Shown here one piece after another: positions 37,689 through 50,800 of a stretch of 64,000 nucleotides of DNA. Numbering within the stretch: the stretch's first letter is position 1; each line of letters starts with the position of its first letter. Source of the stretch: Gekko japonicus (taxonomy: Eukaryota); contig NW_015171594.1 of assembly GCF_001447785.1 (NCBI RefSeq), positions 84,877 to 148,876 on the forward strand, in the 5' to 3' direction. Both the position numbers and the translations under genes were made by a program. The notes beneath the pieces are model-generated. The model worked only from the letters and a program-made list of their open reading frames with translations. It had not been told where the DNA came from and did not search any database.

Positions 37689-39074
37689 AAAGGTTATTGA
37701 TTGGGTGTGGGGGGGAGAACAACAAGAAAGTGGATTGAAAATGCTGTGTTATCTTTATTATTTTATAAGTCCTTACAGACCTAAGTACAAAGAATTTAAT
37801 GAAACAGCATTGACATGAACACACGGTGCTGCCTTCTACTGACTCAGATCACTGATCTATCAAAGTTGGTCTCTCTAAGGTCTCAGGCAAAGGACTTTCA
37901 ACATTACCTACTATCTGATTGTTTTAACTGAAGATCTTTGGACCTACTGCATGCAAAGTAGATACTCTACCACTGATCCATGTCCCCTTCCCACCTATTA
38001 CTCTATTAGATTGCTTTGCAAATGTTGGGCAACCATTGTTCCAGATCTAAGGCAGCCTGGAAAGAATGCTACAGTACTCACAACCTGATTGAATAAAAAA
38101 AATGATATTAGGGAGCATTGGCAAGGAAAGAATCAGTGACTTCATGACCTCACTATTAGCATTTGAAAGTACAGATTTCTATGTCTATATTTGGTGGCTT
38201 TTACTGACTTCTGCTTCCGTGATATCTTTGGCTAGGACTCATGAGCATCTTCCATGAATTATCCAGAAAATCCCTGATCAGAAGTTGGAAATGGAAGGTC
38301 TGGTTTTGGTCTCAAATATATTTTATTGACCACCCAATGTAAAGTAATATTTATAAAAGAAGAGCTCAAATATGTGTCTCAAGACACTTGTGGAAAGGGA
38401 AAGGCATGACATGCATTGGACTTTGAGTTGAGACAAACAAAGAGAAAACTTGCCAGGTAGCTAAAACCACCTCTGAGATTACAACTTTGCCATGGCCTAG
38501 AATTCCTCCAAATTATCATTTTCCTTCCCTGAATGCTCCCTCCCCCAATTCAGCCTTGCTGGGAAAGAAATGCCTAGAGCAACTATCCAGGGAAATAGGA
38601 ATAAGGAGGAGGAGGGGAGGATAGCTCAGCTCCCATCAACTATGTGTCCTCAGTATGCTACCATACAAATTTATTTATTTATTTAATGACCCTATATGTT
38701 AATAGGATAGATGTGAAGTACTGCCATGATGACCAGTTTAGCCCCAATTTAGGGAACTGAATCCTACCAGATTTCCATGCAATCTTTTCTGATTCCTCTC
38801 CTCTCTGTACCACTACTTCCTGTGACACTTGTTCACATAGTTCCTTGAATCTCTGCTGTAGCCATTTTACTGATCAAAGGAGGCACTGAGATTTACCAAT
38901 AGAATAGCAGGCTGGATACCACCCACTGGCTTGCATTGTGGAACTGAAGGGGGGGAGATAATAACCTTTTAGTGACCCTCCCCTCATAACCAAGAAATAA
39001 TCCGCTGGCTTTTCTTCATTCTTCTTCCTGGCCACAAACCCTTTCAGAGGTACTTTGTCCAATGTGAAACATCT

Positions 39075-40025
39075 TCACAGAACAATTCTGGAAATACTAT
39101 CTGAAGTGTGCCTGATAGCCAGCAGTTTCCATAGGGCAACCTTGATGTTCTTGTTTCTCATGCTGTAGACCACTGGATTCATTAAGGGTGGAACCATGGA
39201 ATATATAATAGCAATGACTAGGTCTTGGCCAGATGAAGAATTAGTTGGAGACCTTGTATAAGCTAAGACTGCAGTGGACTCAAACAGACAGACGACAGTG
39301 AGGTGGGGAATGCAAGTAGAAAGGGCCTTTCTCTGGCCATGCACTGAAGGGATTTTAAGCACTGCAGAGAAGATGTGCACATAAGTTACAAAAATGAAAA
39401 TGAAACAGCCTAATGACAAGCTGCAACCAAATACGAGAAGTCCAACTTCAACTAGGTATAAGTCTGAACAGGAAATATTCAGTAATGATGGGATTTCACA
39501 AAAGAATTGATTAACAACCTTAGAGCAGAAACTCATAGAAAACGTGCTACCAGTGTGCATTGCAGCATAGAGAAAACAAGTAATCCATGCACTGCAGGCC
39601 ATTTGAACACAAGCTCTTTTGTGCATGATCCTCTCATATTGTAATGGGTTACAGATAGCTACATAGCGATCACGTGCCATAACAGTCAGGATGGCGAAAT
39701 CTGTCGATGCAAATAAGAAATAAAAGAAAACTTGGGCAACACATCCAGAGTAAGAGATTGACCTGCTGCTTGTGATGGAATTGGCCATTGATTTGGGTAT
39801 GATGACAGAAACTGAACTGATGTCCAGTATGGCCAAGTTCATGAGGAAGAAGTACATGGGGGTGTGCAGGTGGTGGTCAAAGGCTATTGCAAGAATGATG
39901 AGAAGATTCCCAGTCATGGTGGCCAAGTACAACACCAGGAATACAAGGAAGTGTAAGATCTGCAGTTCCCGGACCTCTGAAAATTCCAGCAGCAAAAATT
40001 CAGACTTGAAGGTGAGATTGGACAT
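39075..40025 (-). CDS. Olfactory receptor (family 14-like), intact 316 aa
   Basis: NLT sequon, LHTPMYFFL, MARDRYVAIC, KALSTCIPHL and PVVYSMRN. Acceptor cttcttacag near 40056. Confidence 0.95.
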   Translation of the reverse strand: MSNLTFKSEFLLLEFSEVRELQILHFLVFLVLYLATMTGNLLIILAIAFDHHLHTPMYFFLMNLAILDISSVSVIIPKSMANSITSSRSISYSGCVAQVFFYFLFASTDFAILTVMARDRYVAICNPLQYERIMHKRACVQMACSAWITCFLYAAMHTGSTFSMSFCSKVVNQFFCEIPSLLNISCSDLYLVEVGLLVFGCSLSLGCFIFIFVTYVHIFSAVLKIPSVHGQRKALSTCIPHLTVVCLFESTAVLAYTRSPTNSSSGQDLVIAIIYSMVPPLMNPVVYSMRNKNIKVALWKLLAIRHTSDSISRIVL

Positions 40026-42149
40026 TTTATTTCCTAATTCTGCCTTTCATTCTACCTGTAAGAAGCAGAAGCAGGGATATCAGTTCCTCCTGAAATATAG
40101 ATTATTTGTTTAAACCATCCAATCATGTTTTCTGCTGGTACAAAAGGGAGGAGAGAGGTCACCCCGAAAGACTCCACTAGGGAACATGGGACATGAGCCA
40201 TGTAGCATGTGGGGCTGTAATAAGGAGGAGAAATGGGCAGTGACAAATCAAACAGCTCACTCTATGCCATGGATAGTTTATAACAAAAGTTTAGTTAACA
40301 AATGTAAATAAATTAACAGATTTTTCTCTAAACTTTCCACAAAGCTGAATGAGTTAAAATGTTGTGAGGTACATGCTGACACATAGACAAAGGGGGCATT
40401 CTTTTTATTAATGTTCTTGTAATCATAGGCAGCAAACACTAATCACCAATCAAAGAGGAAGGCATGAAACAATAAATTCCAAATAGTCCCTCCTTATATA
40501 AAGAGCTGAATGTGGAACATCTTAAAACTCAGGTCCCGTCACACTGGCGATGACTCAAACAATGCAAAGTGGCTTGTACCCTGCAACTCTGCTCTGCAAA
40601 GTTTGAAGCCTAAGGAGTCTTTTCTGCAGATGAAAGTGTTGCTTCTTCTGGTAGAGGAGCCACATTGGTCAAAGGAAAGCTCCTTAGGCTGGAGGAATGC
40701 TTTAAACTTTGTTCAGGGGAGGATTTTTACTGTATATTTTTGCAATGAATATCAATATAGGAAGTTAATCACAAATGTCTCAATAGGGATCTTAGAAAGA
40801 TATGTCAAACAGGAAGTTGCTCTTGAACTGTATAATAATAAACTAAGATCTGACCCAGGCTTTCTTTGGGGAATGCAAGAAACTATTCACTTCTGCCTAT
40901 TCCATAATCTATTTCTGTTCTTCTTTCCCTTCTCTTCTTGTGCCTTGTCACTACTTATAGTGTACAATACTAAACAGAGTTATCTCTTTCTAAGCCCATT
41001 GGCATCACTGTTGAATTGTAAGCCTTTGGACACATGCTGTTTAAAATATGGAAAAGAAATACTTAGTTTATATCATCATTGTACATGTTCTCAATAATAC
41101 AAAATGACAACAGAATAAGTGGAATAGAAGGAGAAGAAATTAATTTGCATCATGCCCATACCTTACCAACAAACAGAGTTATGCTGGTTCCACTTAACTG
41201 TTTCCTGCTCCAGCTTCCTGCCAAGGGTGCTGCAATAGTTTGGGTCTTCTATCCAAGGCGCTGGGCCATAGTATCTGACCACTAGTAATTTTAGCAAAAG
41301 TGTGCAGGGACCTCTCCCTCTGTTTTTTGATACCAGGTTATTAAAGCAGTTATTCCACTTTGTATTTGGCCTGTTTCCAGGTGGGAATCAAACCTCTCTA
41401 CCCAAATTGGTGACATTCAAGTCCTTGTTTTATTCCAGAAGAATTCCGTTCTGTGATTGAGACAATGCTGAAAGAATGACAATAAAATGAGATTGCAGTT
41501 GATGGAGAGAGTAGAAGAATGATGAATGGAAGGAGGAACATTTGAGAAACTGTTTTCAAAATCTTAGTTTTCCCATAGGTAGCTCTCACAGTTAGATAGC
41601 TCTCTTGCCTGTTCAATTACTTTCTTCTTCAAGCTTCCTACTGTAAATGCAGCTGCTTTTTATTTCAATTGCCAGTGGAAGGTTGTTTTTCAGGGAAGGA
41701 GGTTTATTAATGTCTGTTCATACTTCTGGGAAATGGTTTCCCAAGAGTCCATTCTAGCTGATCGGGGGGGGGTATCATCAGCTTCTATTTCTTAGCAAAT
41801 TTGCAGGATGATCCATTGTACTGTTAATAATATTGGTAGTACTGCTGTGCAGTGTCTAAAGAAATGCACACCGGACCTGCAAGGTGGTAGGTTAAAGAGC
41901 TACAGACTTAACCACTGGAATTCATATTTTCAGAACCAAGTGCTACATATAATGGCTTGGATCCACTAGCATGCAGTGATAAAGGCACTTGGTGTGACAG
42001 GTTCATATCACTTGTTTCCTCTCACATGTCAGCCAATAACAAAGAAGAGGGAAATGCAAAAGCCCATTGTGGTGCCACTGGGATACTGTTCATATAGATT
42101 TAATTTATTCAGTGGCTTACTAGGGAGCAGGGGGTGGGAAAGTGGCATG

Positions 42150-42470
42150 GTGTAGCCCTGTCTCACCAAATATCAGAAGTTAAGCAGGGTCGATACTTGG
42201 GTGGGAGATCACCAAGGAAGAATCTGCAGAGGAAGGCGATGGCAAACCAGCTCTGCTTCTCCCATGCCTTGAAAATCTCTTGCTGGGACTGTCATCAGAT
42301 CTCAGAAGCTGCACAGGGTTGACCATGGTTAATATTTGGATGGGAGACTACCAAGGAATAGGAGGGTCACTATGCACAGGCAGGCAATGACAAACCACCT
42401 CTGAACTTCTCTTGTCTAGAAAGCTCTACGAGGATTGCCATACATTGGTTGCAAGTAGACAGCTCTTACA
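42150..42470 (+). mobile_element. Two adjacent 5S rRNA-derived SINEs
   Basis: Heads resemble the 5S internal control region (cagaag(t/c)taagcagggt...tacttgg(g/a)tgggaga). Each is followed by a (g/a)caaacca.ctctg...tt(g)aaaa Sauria-like tail. Confidence 0.75.
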
Positions 42471-42738
42471 TGCGTCTTAGACCCAGAGTACCTGATGGAC
42501 CACATCTACTCCTGTTAATACCCCACACACACACACGCGCACACACTTTGAAAGCACCTGGTATCCAAAGATGTCAGCAGAAGTTGAATATTTTCATATT
42601 TTCTTTAGCTCCCCCCCTCAACTATATTATATATTGTGGATTTCTGTATTCATTTATTACTTCATATTTCCCATATAAGATTGACTATATCCTCTGTATT
42701 TAAAGCTTGTGTTCTAGAGGTTCTTCCCTTTTAATCAG

Positions 42739-43385
42739 TGTCCCAATGACGAAACCACCCTCCCACCCCGTGGTCCCAACAAAGCCGCCACCGACGCCGG
42801 GAAGATGGCCCCGGGATCCACCTCTACTCACCTGGGATCCCGGGAGATGCCAGAGGAAGACCACTGATGTGGGCGCGGCCACAGCCATCCCGTCATCAGC
42901 CCCGGCTGGCGCCAGCAACAGAGATGTCGGCAGTTCACCCAAACACGGCCCGGCGCGAGAGCACGCCAGCGCATCCAGGCACCATGCCCCATCTGGAGCC
43001 ACCCGACGCAAGAAAGAGTGAGGGAGAACCCAGCCCCTCCCAGGAGCCAGTATCCTCCATTATGTGGAGGGGTGGGGCTGGAGAAGGGAGGGGGCAGGGA
43101 GAGCTGGGGGAACACGGGAAGGCGGGAGGAAAGAATAAAAGGATGCAGCTGTAAGAGGCCAGGGATGACAACCTGGATGGAAGGCGACAACACTGCAGAA
43201 CAGAGAGAGGGAAAGTGTCTCACATCCAGAGGGAATGTAGTGGCAGGGACGGTGATGGAACCTCCCTTCCCGTTCAGGAGTCTGAGGCCCCTGCTGCTTG
43301 GCTGAGTGGGACACCAAGGTGGCAGAGCCACGGGGGCTGGAAGAATCCAGTGGCAGTGAGGGGGAGTCGTTAGGGTCTTGTGACA
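42739..43385. mobile_element. Solo LTR (Gypsy-like), 647 bp
   Basis: Termini TGTCCCAA...TTGTGACA. Perfect 5-bp TSD atcag. CpG-rich. Confidence 0.85.
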
Positions 43386-43884
43386 ATCAGCATTTTAAAA
43401 AATCAAAACCAAAAGGATGTTCCCTCATGAGTTTCCTTATTTCATATAACACATCAACAAATATTTGGCTGACCTGGCAGCAGCAATGGTTGCACCAGCT
43501 CTGCAATTCCAAATACTATTTTTTTCTGACATACCATAACAAAAGAACATGAACCTGAGAAGTAATTTTGTTCTTCTTTTTCTTTTAACCCTAATTACTA
43601 TTCATAATTTCAAATTCGTGGTATTAATATTGATAATAGTTCTGTTTGAATTAAACAAATAAACAACTTCTCTGTTGTAATGTGTTCCTCCCCCATTAGT
43701 GCTTGATAGGTTTCATATCCCATGAATCATTGCTAACTTTCTTAAGGATGTTGCAGAAACCTTGAAGGAGATGGCTAGCAAATCTCCATAATTTCAGATG
43801 ATTAGGAATCAGAACTCAATGACTAGCAGCTACCCCAAAACTACCCATCTGTATCAGGTCAGGCAACTTTCCCCCCCGACCTGT

Positions 43885-44602
43885 CTCCCCCTAACCTAGC
43901 CACAGTAATCCACACAATGGTCACTCTAGACTAGGTTACTCTAACTCACTCTATGCAGGGCTGCCCTTGAGGCTTATCTGGAAGTCACAACTAGTCAGAA
44001 TGCAGTGGCTCATGTCCTTATGGGGACACCGATAACTGCACACATACAACCTGTGTTTCAACAGGTCAGCTTCAAGGTTCTGTTTTTGACCTTTAAGACC
44101 CTAAACAGCCAGGGGCCAACATACCTATGGGGCTGCCAGAAAACATTACACTCAACACCTATTGGAAGTCTCTGGCCCAAAGAGCCTTTGGCTATCCTCA
44201 ACAAGACCCAGGGCCTTCTCAGCCATGACTCAAACACAGTGTAACTCTCTGCCTGCTAACCTCAGGGTCCTGCAGGACTTGTTACAATTCCACAAGGCCT
44301 GCAAGGCAGAGATGTTTCACCAAGCAGTGGTTTAAAAAAAGGACAGCAGTGGTTTAAAAAAAGCGAACAAACAACCAGCGTTAACTGCAACTGGCTTATT
44401 AACTGCTTTCTCCCCCTCTCCCTCCCATGTTAATGTAAATTGGGGGTTTAGAAATTTTGCACTATGGCGCCATGTAGGTGTTAGGTTTTATGGCTTTGTA
44501 TTTTAGACTGTTTTAATGTATTTTGTATGACTTCGTTGCAGACTGCTCTGAGCCTGCTCATGGGGAGGGCAGTATAGAGGCTTCATGAAATAAATAAATA
44601 AT
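43885..44602 (+). mobile_element. Degenerate L2 3' fragment (paralogous to the end of 60730-62853)
   Basis: ctagccacagtaatcca...aaataaataaataat; it shares its 3' flank with 62853 onward. Confidence 0.85.
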
Positions 44603-45014
44603 CAGGGGGAAAGGCAAGGGTTTCAAAGTTGACCACCCACTTTAGGATCGTCATGGGAGTTGCAGTGCCGAGTGAAGTGAATTGGAATGTCCTGGCCTAT
44701 ATAATTGCCAGACACCCTACCCCCCATTTTTCTTTTGACTCTGAAAGGCACAGATCATCAGAAAATAAAGCTAGGCATATGATATTTGGACAGACAATTC
44801 AAAGTGATGGTGGGAATTGCCATGCTCCCAAATGAAGGGAATCAGGAGACTCTGGCCCAGGTTATCTGCAATGCTATTCACAATGGAAGCTAAGGGGAAC
44901 TGTAGCACACATAAGTCAACTGAAAATAAAGCTAGGACCCTCAAAATGGGCCACCACCAACAGGATGATCATGGGAGTTGCAGTGCCAAACATGAAAAGA
45001 ATAGGAATATCATT

Positions 45015-45350
45015 AACATAAGAACATAAGAGACGCCAATGTTGGATCAGGCCAAAGACCCATCCAGCTCAACACTCTGTATCACACAGTGGCCAAAAAT
45101 ACCAGGTGCCATCAGGAGGTCCACCAGTGGGGCCAGGACATTAGAAGCCCTCCCACTGTTGACCCCCCCCCAAGCACCAAGAAGACAGAGCATCACTTGC
45201 CCCAGAGTCCCTATCTATACCTTGTGGCTAATAGCCACTGATGGACCTCTGCTCCATATGCTTATCTAATTCCCTTTTGAAGCCATCCATGGTTGTAGCT
45301 ACCACCACTTCGTGTGGCAGTGAATTCCATGTGCTAATCACTCTTTGGGA
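45015..45350 (-). mobile_element. CR1 LINE 3' end
   Basis: aacataagaacataag tail and ggcagtgaattcca body. Absent from the paralogous flank near 62940. Confidence 0.8.
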
Positions 45351-46938
45351 TGAGTGGGATTACACTAATTGCCAGTGTAATCACCAGAAAACCCCACCAT
45401 GCCTGCTTTTTGCATTGGAAGACATTGTCTTTGGAAGCCACAGATCCTCAAAAAATAAAGCTAGGAATCTGAAAATGGGCCAATGAGTTCCAGATGTTTA
45501 TTGGACTGAAAGATCATTACAAATTACTTGCTTAGTGCAAGGATAGCTAAATATACAATATACAATAGTATGTGGATGCAGTGTTTTGTTTTTAAGTGAC
45601 AATATCCATATATAAGGTTGCACTGATTTCAACCAATTCCCCCTTCAGAACTTGAGGAAGTCCCCCCTCCCAGCTGCCGGTACTCAAAACCAGTGAGTAC
45701 TGCCACACAAAAAAGCCCTGCCCAGTCCAAGTATCAGGAGTTTCAGAGAGCAGGTACACCAAGTTCAGTCTAGGGTCAAGGGATCTGGGCAGTAAATCCA
45801 AGTCTAGACCAGGGGTTCCAGAAAAGCCAATACTCAATTCCAGTGGTCCAGTAACAACATGATAGCTGGTTCAGTAGCAATGTATACTTGTTGCATCCAC
45901 AAAACGTCTGCTTCTTCTGGCTGATTTTATAGGCCAGTCTTAATGAGCTACACTCCCAGCCAATTCCTTGGCAGTCATCCCAAAACTATTAATCCATCTC
46001 ATCAATTGACAACTGTAGGCTGTGACTTCTGATCAGCCCGTAACCTGATCTCTTGCTGCCCACCTCCTGGCTCAGAGCCAGCTGCGGCCGGTTGTTGAAT
46101 TACTGTCAGTCAGTTAGCCTTTATTGGCATAAAACAATACCTTAAGTTGAGTTACTGACTGTATGCTAGATGCAGGCATCTCTTTGTCTGAATCCGTGCT
46201 GTCACTGAGCACAGACTGACTTACAACACCTGACTTCAAACTGCTGTTCAGCAACGAAGCTCACTAGATAACTTGGGCCCATCATTATCTCTCAGCCTAC
46301 CTTTCCTGAGTTATCAGGATTAAACCATAGATGAGGAGACAATAACAGCACACACTACCTTGACTTGCTGGTGGAAAGAAAAGACAAAACAAGTTTGATT
46401 GCTTACTTATTTCTTTATTGTGATTGAATGTTTGCACCAAATACAAGACTAGCATCCCAGAGCAAATGTGATATTCTTGAAGAATGGAATTGCATGCAGG
46501 CATGAGAGAGGGGGGCCTTGTTTCTGCCTCATCCCCCTCTCATAACTACAGCTTTAAAAAATAAACAGAAACTGGAAGGAGGTGCTCTCACTTTCCTGCC
46601 CTCCCTCTGGATTCGGAATGAGGCATCGTGAAAACTGAGATTTTTATGACTTTCCCCTGATGGCTTAATCAAGGACAATTGAAAGAAATTTCAATGCATT
46701 CCTTTCAATGGTAACACCTGGTTAACAGTGTTTGATGACATTCAGATCAGAAAGGAACGCTACAAAAACCTGCCTCTGAACCAAATTTGAAATGAATATT
46801 GGAAAAAAAGCTCCAAGTGAAAGTGGAAATCAGGGGGAAGTGAATTGATGAGGGAAATCTACTCATCACCATAGGGGAGTTCTGTTTCTTTCTGTATTTG
46901 TCTTCAATAAAATCACCATTTATATTGCATTCAAATTC

Positions 46939-47834
46939 TCATTTCCTTATTAGCTGATGTCTGCTATTCAACTCAGGCCTCAGGATTATCATGTAGCATT
47001 TAGGGAAGAAGATACAAACTAGGAGCCCACCACTAGACGCCAAGATAGAGAAGATCTCCACGGCTACCATATACTTCCCCTTGGTGCTGAGATAAGATGG
47101 AACAAAGGACAGCCAAACACCACAAAACACCAACATGCTGAAAGTGATATATTTGGCTTCATTGAAACTGTCAGGCAATTTCCTGGCCAGGAAAGCCACA
47201 GTAAAGCTGACGGTAGCCAATATTCCCAGATACCCCAGAACCAAATAAAACATTGTGACTGAACCTTCATTGCATTCCACTATGATTTCTTCAGCCAGAG
47301 TGTCCATATCAAAATGTGGGAATGGAGGAGCAGTGCAGAGCCACACTGCACAAATACTGGCTTGAATGAGGGAGCAAGAGATGAGAATGGAGGTTGTCAG
47401 TCTTTTCCCCACCCATTTTCTCAGCTGGGTTCCTGGCTTGGTAGCTGCAAAAGCCAAAACCACGGTGATGGTTTTGGCCAGCATGCATGAAACAGCGACT
47501 GAAAAGATGATGCCAAAAGCAGTTTGCCGTAAGTAGCAGGTCACTGTCTGAGGCTGGCCAATGAAGAGCAAGGAGCAAAGGAAGCATAGCAACAGGGAGA
47601 TGAGGAGAGAATAGGTGAGGTCCCGATTGTTGGCTTTGACAATTGGAGTGTTTTGGTTCTGGATGAAAATTCTTAGGACCAAAGCTGTGATCAGAGAAAG
47701 AGAGAGAGCTGAGATGGCTAAACTGATCCCCAAAGTTTCTGTGAAAGAGAGGTAATGTAGCGCTTTGGAAATGCACTCAACCCGTTTCTTGTTTGGATAT
47801 TGGTCTTGTGGGCATTTAAAACAGTCATCCATAT
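46939..47834 (-). CDS. V2R exon 6 (7TM domain)
   Basis: [31 protein letters not shown] and [10 protein letters not shown]. Acceptor tttttcag. Confidence 0.96.
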
Positions 47835-50800
47835 CTGAAAAACAGAACAAAGGTTGGCTTCATTTCTCCCCCCCCCCCAATACTCTTATTGTGGTATAAT
47901 CAGTTATGCATAAAAGTTACTAACAGGTTTGAAATATTTGCTTTCTTATGGGTAAAGCCTATATACAGAATTTGGCCTTTTTATTTTTTTGGCTGTCAAG
48001 TCACAGTTGACTTACGGTGACCCCATGGGGTTTTCAAGGCAAGAGACATCCAGAGATGGTTTGTCATTGCCTGCCTCTGCATGGTGTCCTTAGTCTTCCT
48101 TGGTGATCTCTAATCCACATACTAACCGGGGCCAACCCTGCTTCACTTCTGTGATGTGATGAGATCAAGCTAGCCTGGGCAACTGTACCATTTATATTTG
48201 ACCAGATTCCCCCCCCCCCATTTCATAGTTGCACAAAACTCCCATAGTTTGCTGGATCTTCTACCTTCTCTTTGGGATAGCTCCCACTTCCAGTTTTGGA
48301 ATAACTTTGTGGAATTATCTGCATGTGTGTGTGTGTAAAAATCATTTGAGGATTACACTTGTGCCCCTTTAGTTCCTGCTGTCTGGTGCTAAGAGTGAAT
48401 AGCAAAGACCTTGTTCAGACAGAAAGACAAGGAATTAAGTGATGACCAGTGTTCCCCCAAAGCTGAGTTTGTGTGAGCTTGGTCTCAGTTTTTTAGCCTC
48501 TGGCGCACACATTTTTGTCTTAGCTCAGGAAGGATGGCTCCAGAGGAAACTAACTTATGCAGTAGCTAAATCATTCATTCACAACTTTAATGCCAGTAGC
48601 TCACAAAGCAGGATTTTTGCTCACAAGACTCCACAGCTTAGAGGAAGCATTGGTGATGACAGGAGTTGGGGTGGTGGTCTTGCTTTGCCTGTACCTCCAT
48701 CTCTGGGTGTCAGTTTCAGCCCACTCCACCTCTGCCTTCTGTGGCCTCAGAAGAAGAGAAAGGGGTTTGCTCACTCATGTTTTCCTCCTCCTACCCAGCC
48801 CCCATCCTTGCTGCTGGGTAGTTTGTTATCCCTGGCTTCTCTCTTGGCCCTTCTATAGAGTGCAGTGTGTGTACTGCACTCTCCATGGATGGTCACAGTT
48901 TCTCATGACAGCTCCTGCTTTTAAAAGACATTGAGATCCTCATCTATTCTGTCACATCGTCAGCATGCCCTTCCCTTGGGAGTTGTTCATCTAGGGAGAC
49001 AGCAAGGCACACTTGCTTTAGAGTCACTGGTTGGGGACATTGCTTTGACTCCAGACATGTTCTCTGGGATTGCTGAGGGAGAACATGGCCTTCACAATTA
49101 GTCTGAGGAAAGTAAGAAGAATCTGGAGTTTTGCATAAGCCAATCCAATGGCACTAGATGAGTCCTATAGCACCATCTGACTTCTTAGATTAAAGAGTAT
49201 GAACTGTTGCCAAGTCTCTCATGAAACAAAAAAAATATGTGCCTGGATTACAAGATTCATATTCCGATTTTCATGAATCTTGGCAGCTGTATAAAATCCC
49301 CAGTCTTTCTCCATTGCTTGAACTTCCTGCATGACAGCGGGGGGGGGGGGGGGGGGGTGTGTGTGTTTGCCTGCAGTGGAGACTGGATGGTGAATAAAGA
49401 AGGACATTGTGAAAGGCACCACTTGTGTTATTTGTGGTGTCATTGTGTTATTTGGGGTGATGGATGGAATAGATCTAGCTTACTTTCCCACTCAATTGTA
49501 TATAATCTCTTTACTATAGCCTCTGTCTCACATGGCTTTTTTCTATGATCCCTAGCATAGGCTTTTTCATGGGGAAAGAGGGCTCCAACCCCTCTTTTTC
49601 AACAGCAGAACAGATGGTTCAATTCAACTATACTTGGCCATTTCCTTAGTTATGAATAACAATAATTACAGAAGGTTGGGTGTTCCATAATTATCATTAT
49701 TATTATGAAAATGAAATAAATTTCCCCTCTGAACAGCCCATAAGAAAACACACCACGTCTTCCTTTTCTTTCAGTCATTATTACATTCTTGCCTTTTTCT
49801 GACTTCACTTTTTCAAGGCAACCAAAATTATCCAAGTGGCTTACACTGTATTCATTCAGGAGGAGAGAGGGGGTTTGGGCTTTGTTGACTGACTGTAAAC
49901 TGAAGCCATTAGGATTACGTACATGTGGGATTTCCAATTGTGATAGAGGTAGAATAGGACTTTGCCTTCCACTCTCTTCCTTATGCCTGCCCTGCCGTAC
50001 CAATTTCCCCTTCCTTTCTACACTCCCTGGCTTTCCTTTAAGTCTCCAAACTAAATCTACATCAAGGCCTCCTCCTCCTGCCTCCCTGCCCAGATGCTTC
50101 ACCTCACTTTGGCCACCAAATGCTCTTGCCTCATCAGTTTGCCTCTTCCTCCTGCTACTCTTTTTCAAGCTAAGTGGCTGCAGTGCTAACTGTGCTACTT
50201 TTTGGAAGGTTTCCTTTCAATCTTCTCCTAGATTTTAAAGCTAAACATGGATGGATTTTCCTAAAAAGAAGGAACCCCAATAATAAACAGTCCCTTTGGG
50301 AATGAATTACCAAAATGAAAGAAATGATAACAAACTCCCATGCACAAATTTAAATCCAACCCAAGGAACATATCAGATGTGGAGAGATTTTGTATGTGGG
50401 TCTTTTCTCTCATATTTTAAAACTGCACATCATATCTACCACCTTTCTGATCTGAAATCTTCTCATCTGGACACAGAGCACAACTGTAGCAACAAAATGG
50501 TGCCCCCTCCTTCTTCTTTCTGCTGTAACCAGGATGGCAGTTGTCATTACACACAGCAAGGGGAGGTACCTACCCAATGAAAGAGAAGGAAAACAAAGGT
50601 TTTTTGGGGGTTGATCAGCTATGTTATCTTAACAGCCTGTTGATTTCAATTCATAGCAGAAAAATGGTCCTTCAACTTGGATTTTAAAATCAAGCATTCA
50701 AAGATGAGAAAATAACTGGCAGATAATGACACTGTGAATTTCACGTAGTTTCCTATATAAGTAAAATGACTGAGAAAGTTGCAGATATTAATGGAATTTG

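Noticed and set aside
40510-41097. 195-aa ORF upstream of an OR
   Set aside because: No recognisable motifs, and it lies antisense in an OR upstream region; probably a chance ORF.
42150-42360. 5S rRNA genes (and tRNA genes at 19740 and 32470)
   Set aside because: These are degenerate partial heads fused to SINE bodies.
45119-45136. CTCF-like motif ccaccagtggggcc in the OR/V2R spacer
   Set aside because: It deviates from the core consensus and sits inside a CR1 fragment; not supportable by eye.
49600-50250. Possible L1 ORF1/ORF2 junction remnant in V2R intron 5
   Set aside because: Too degenerate to support without a profile search.
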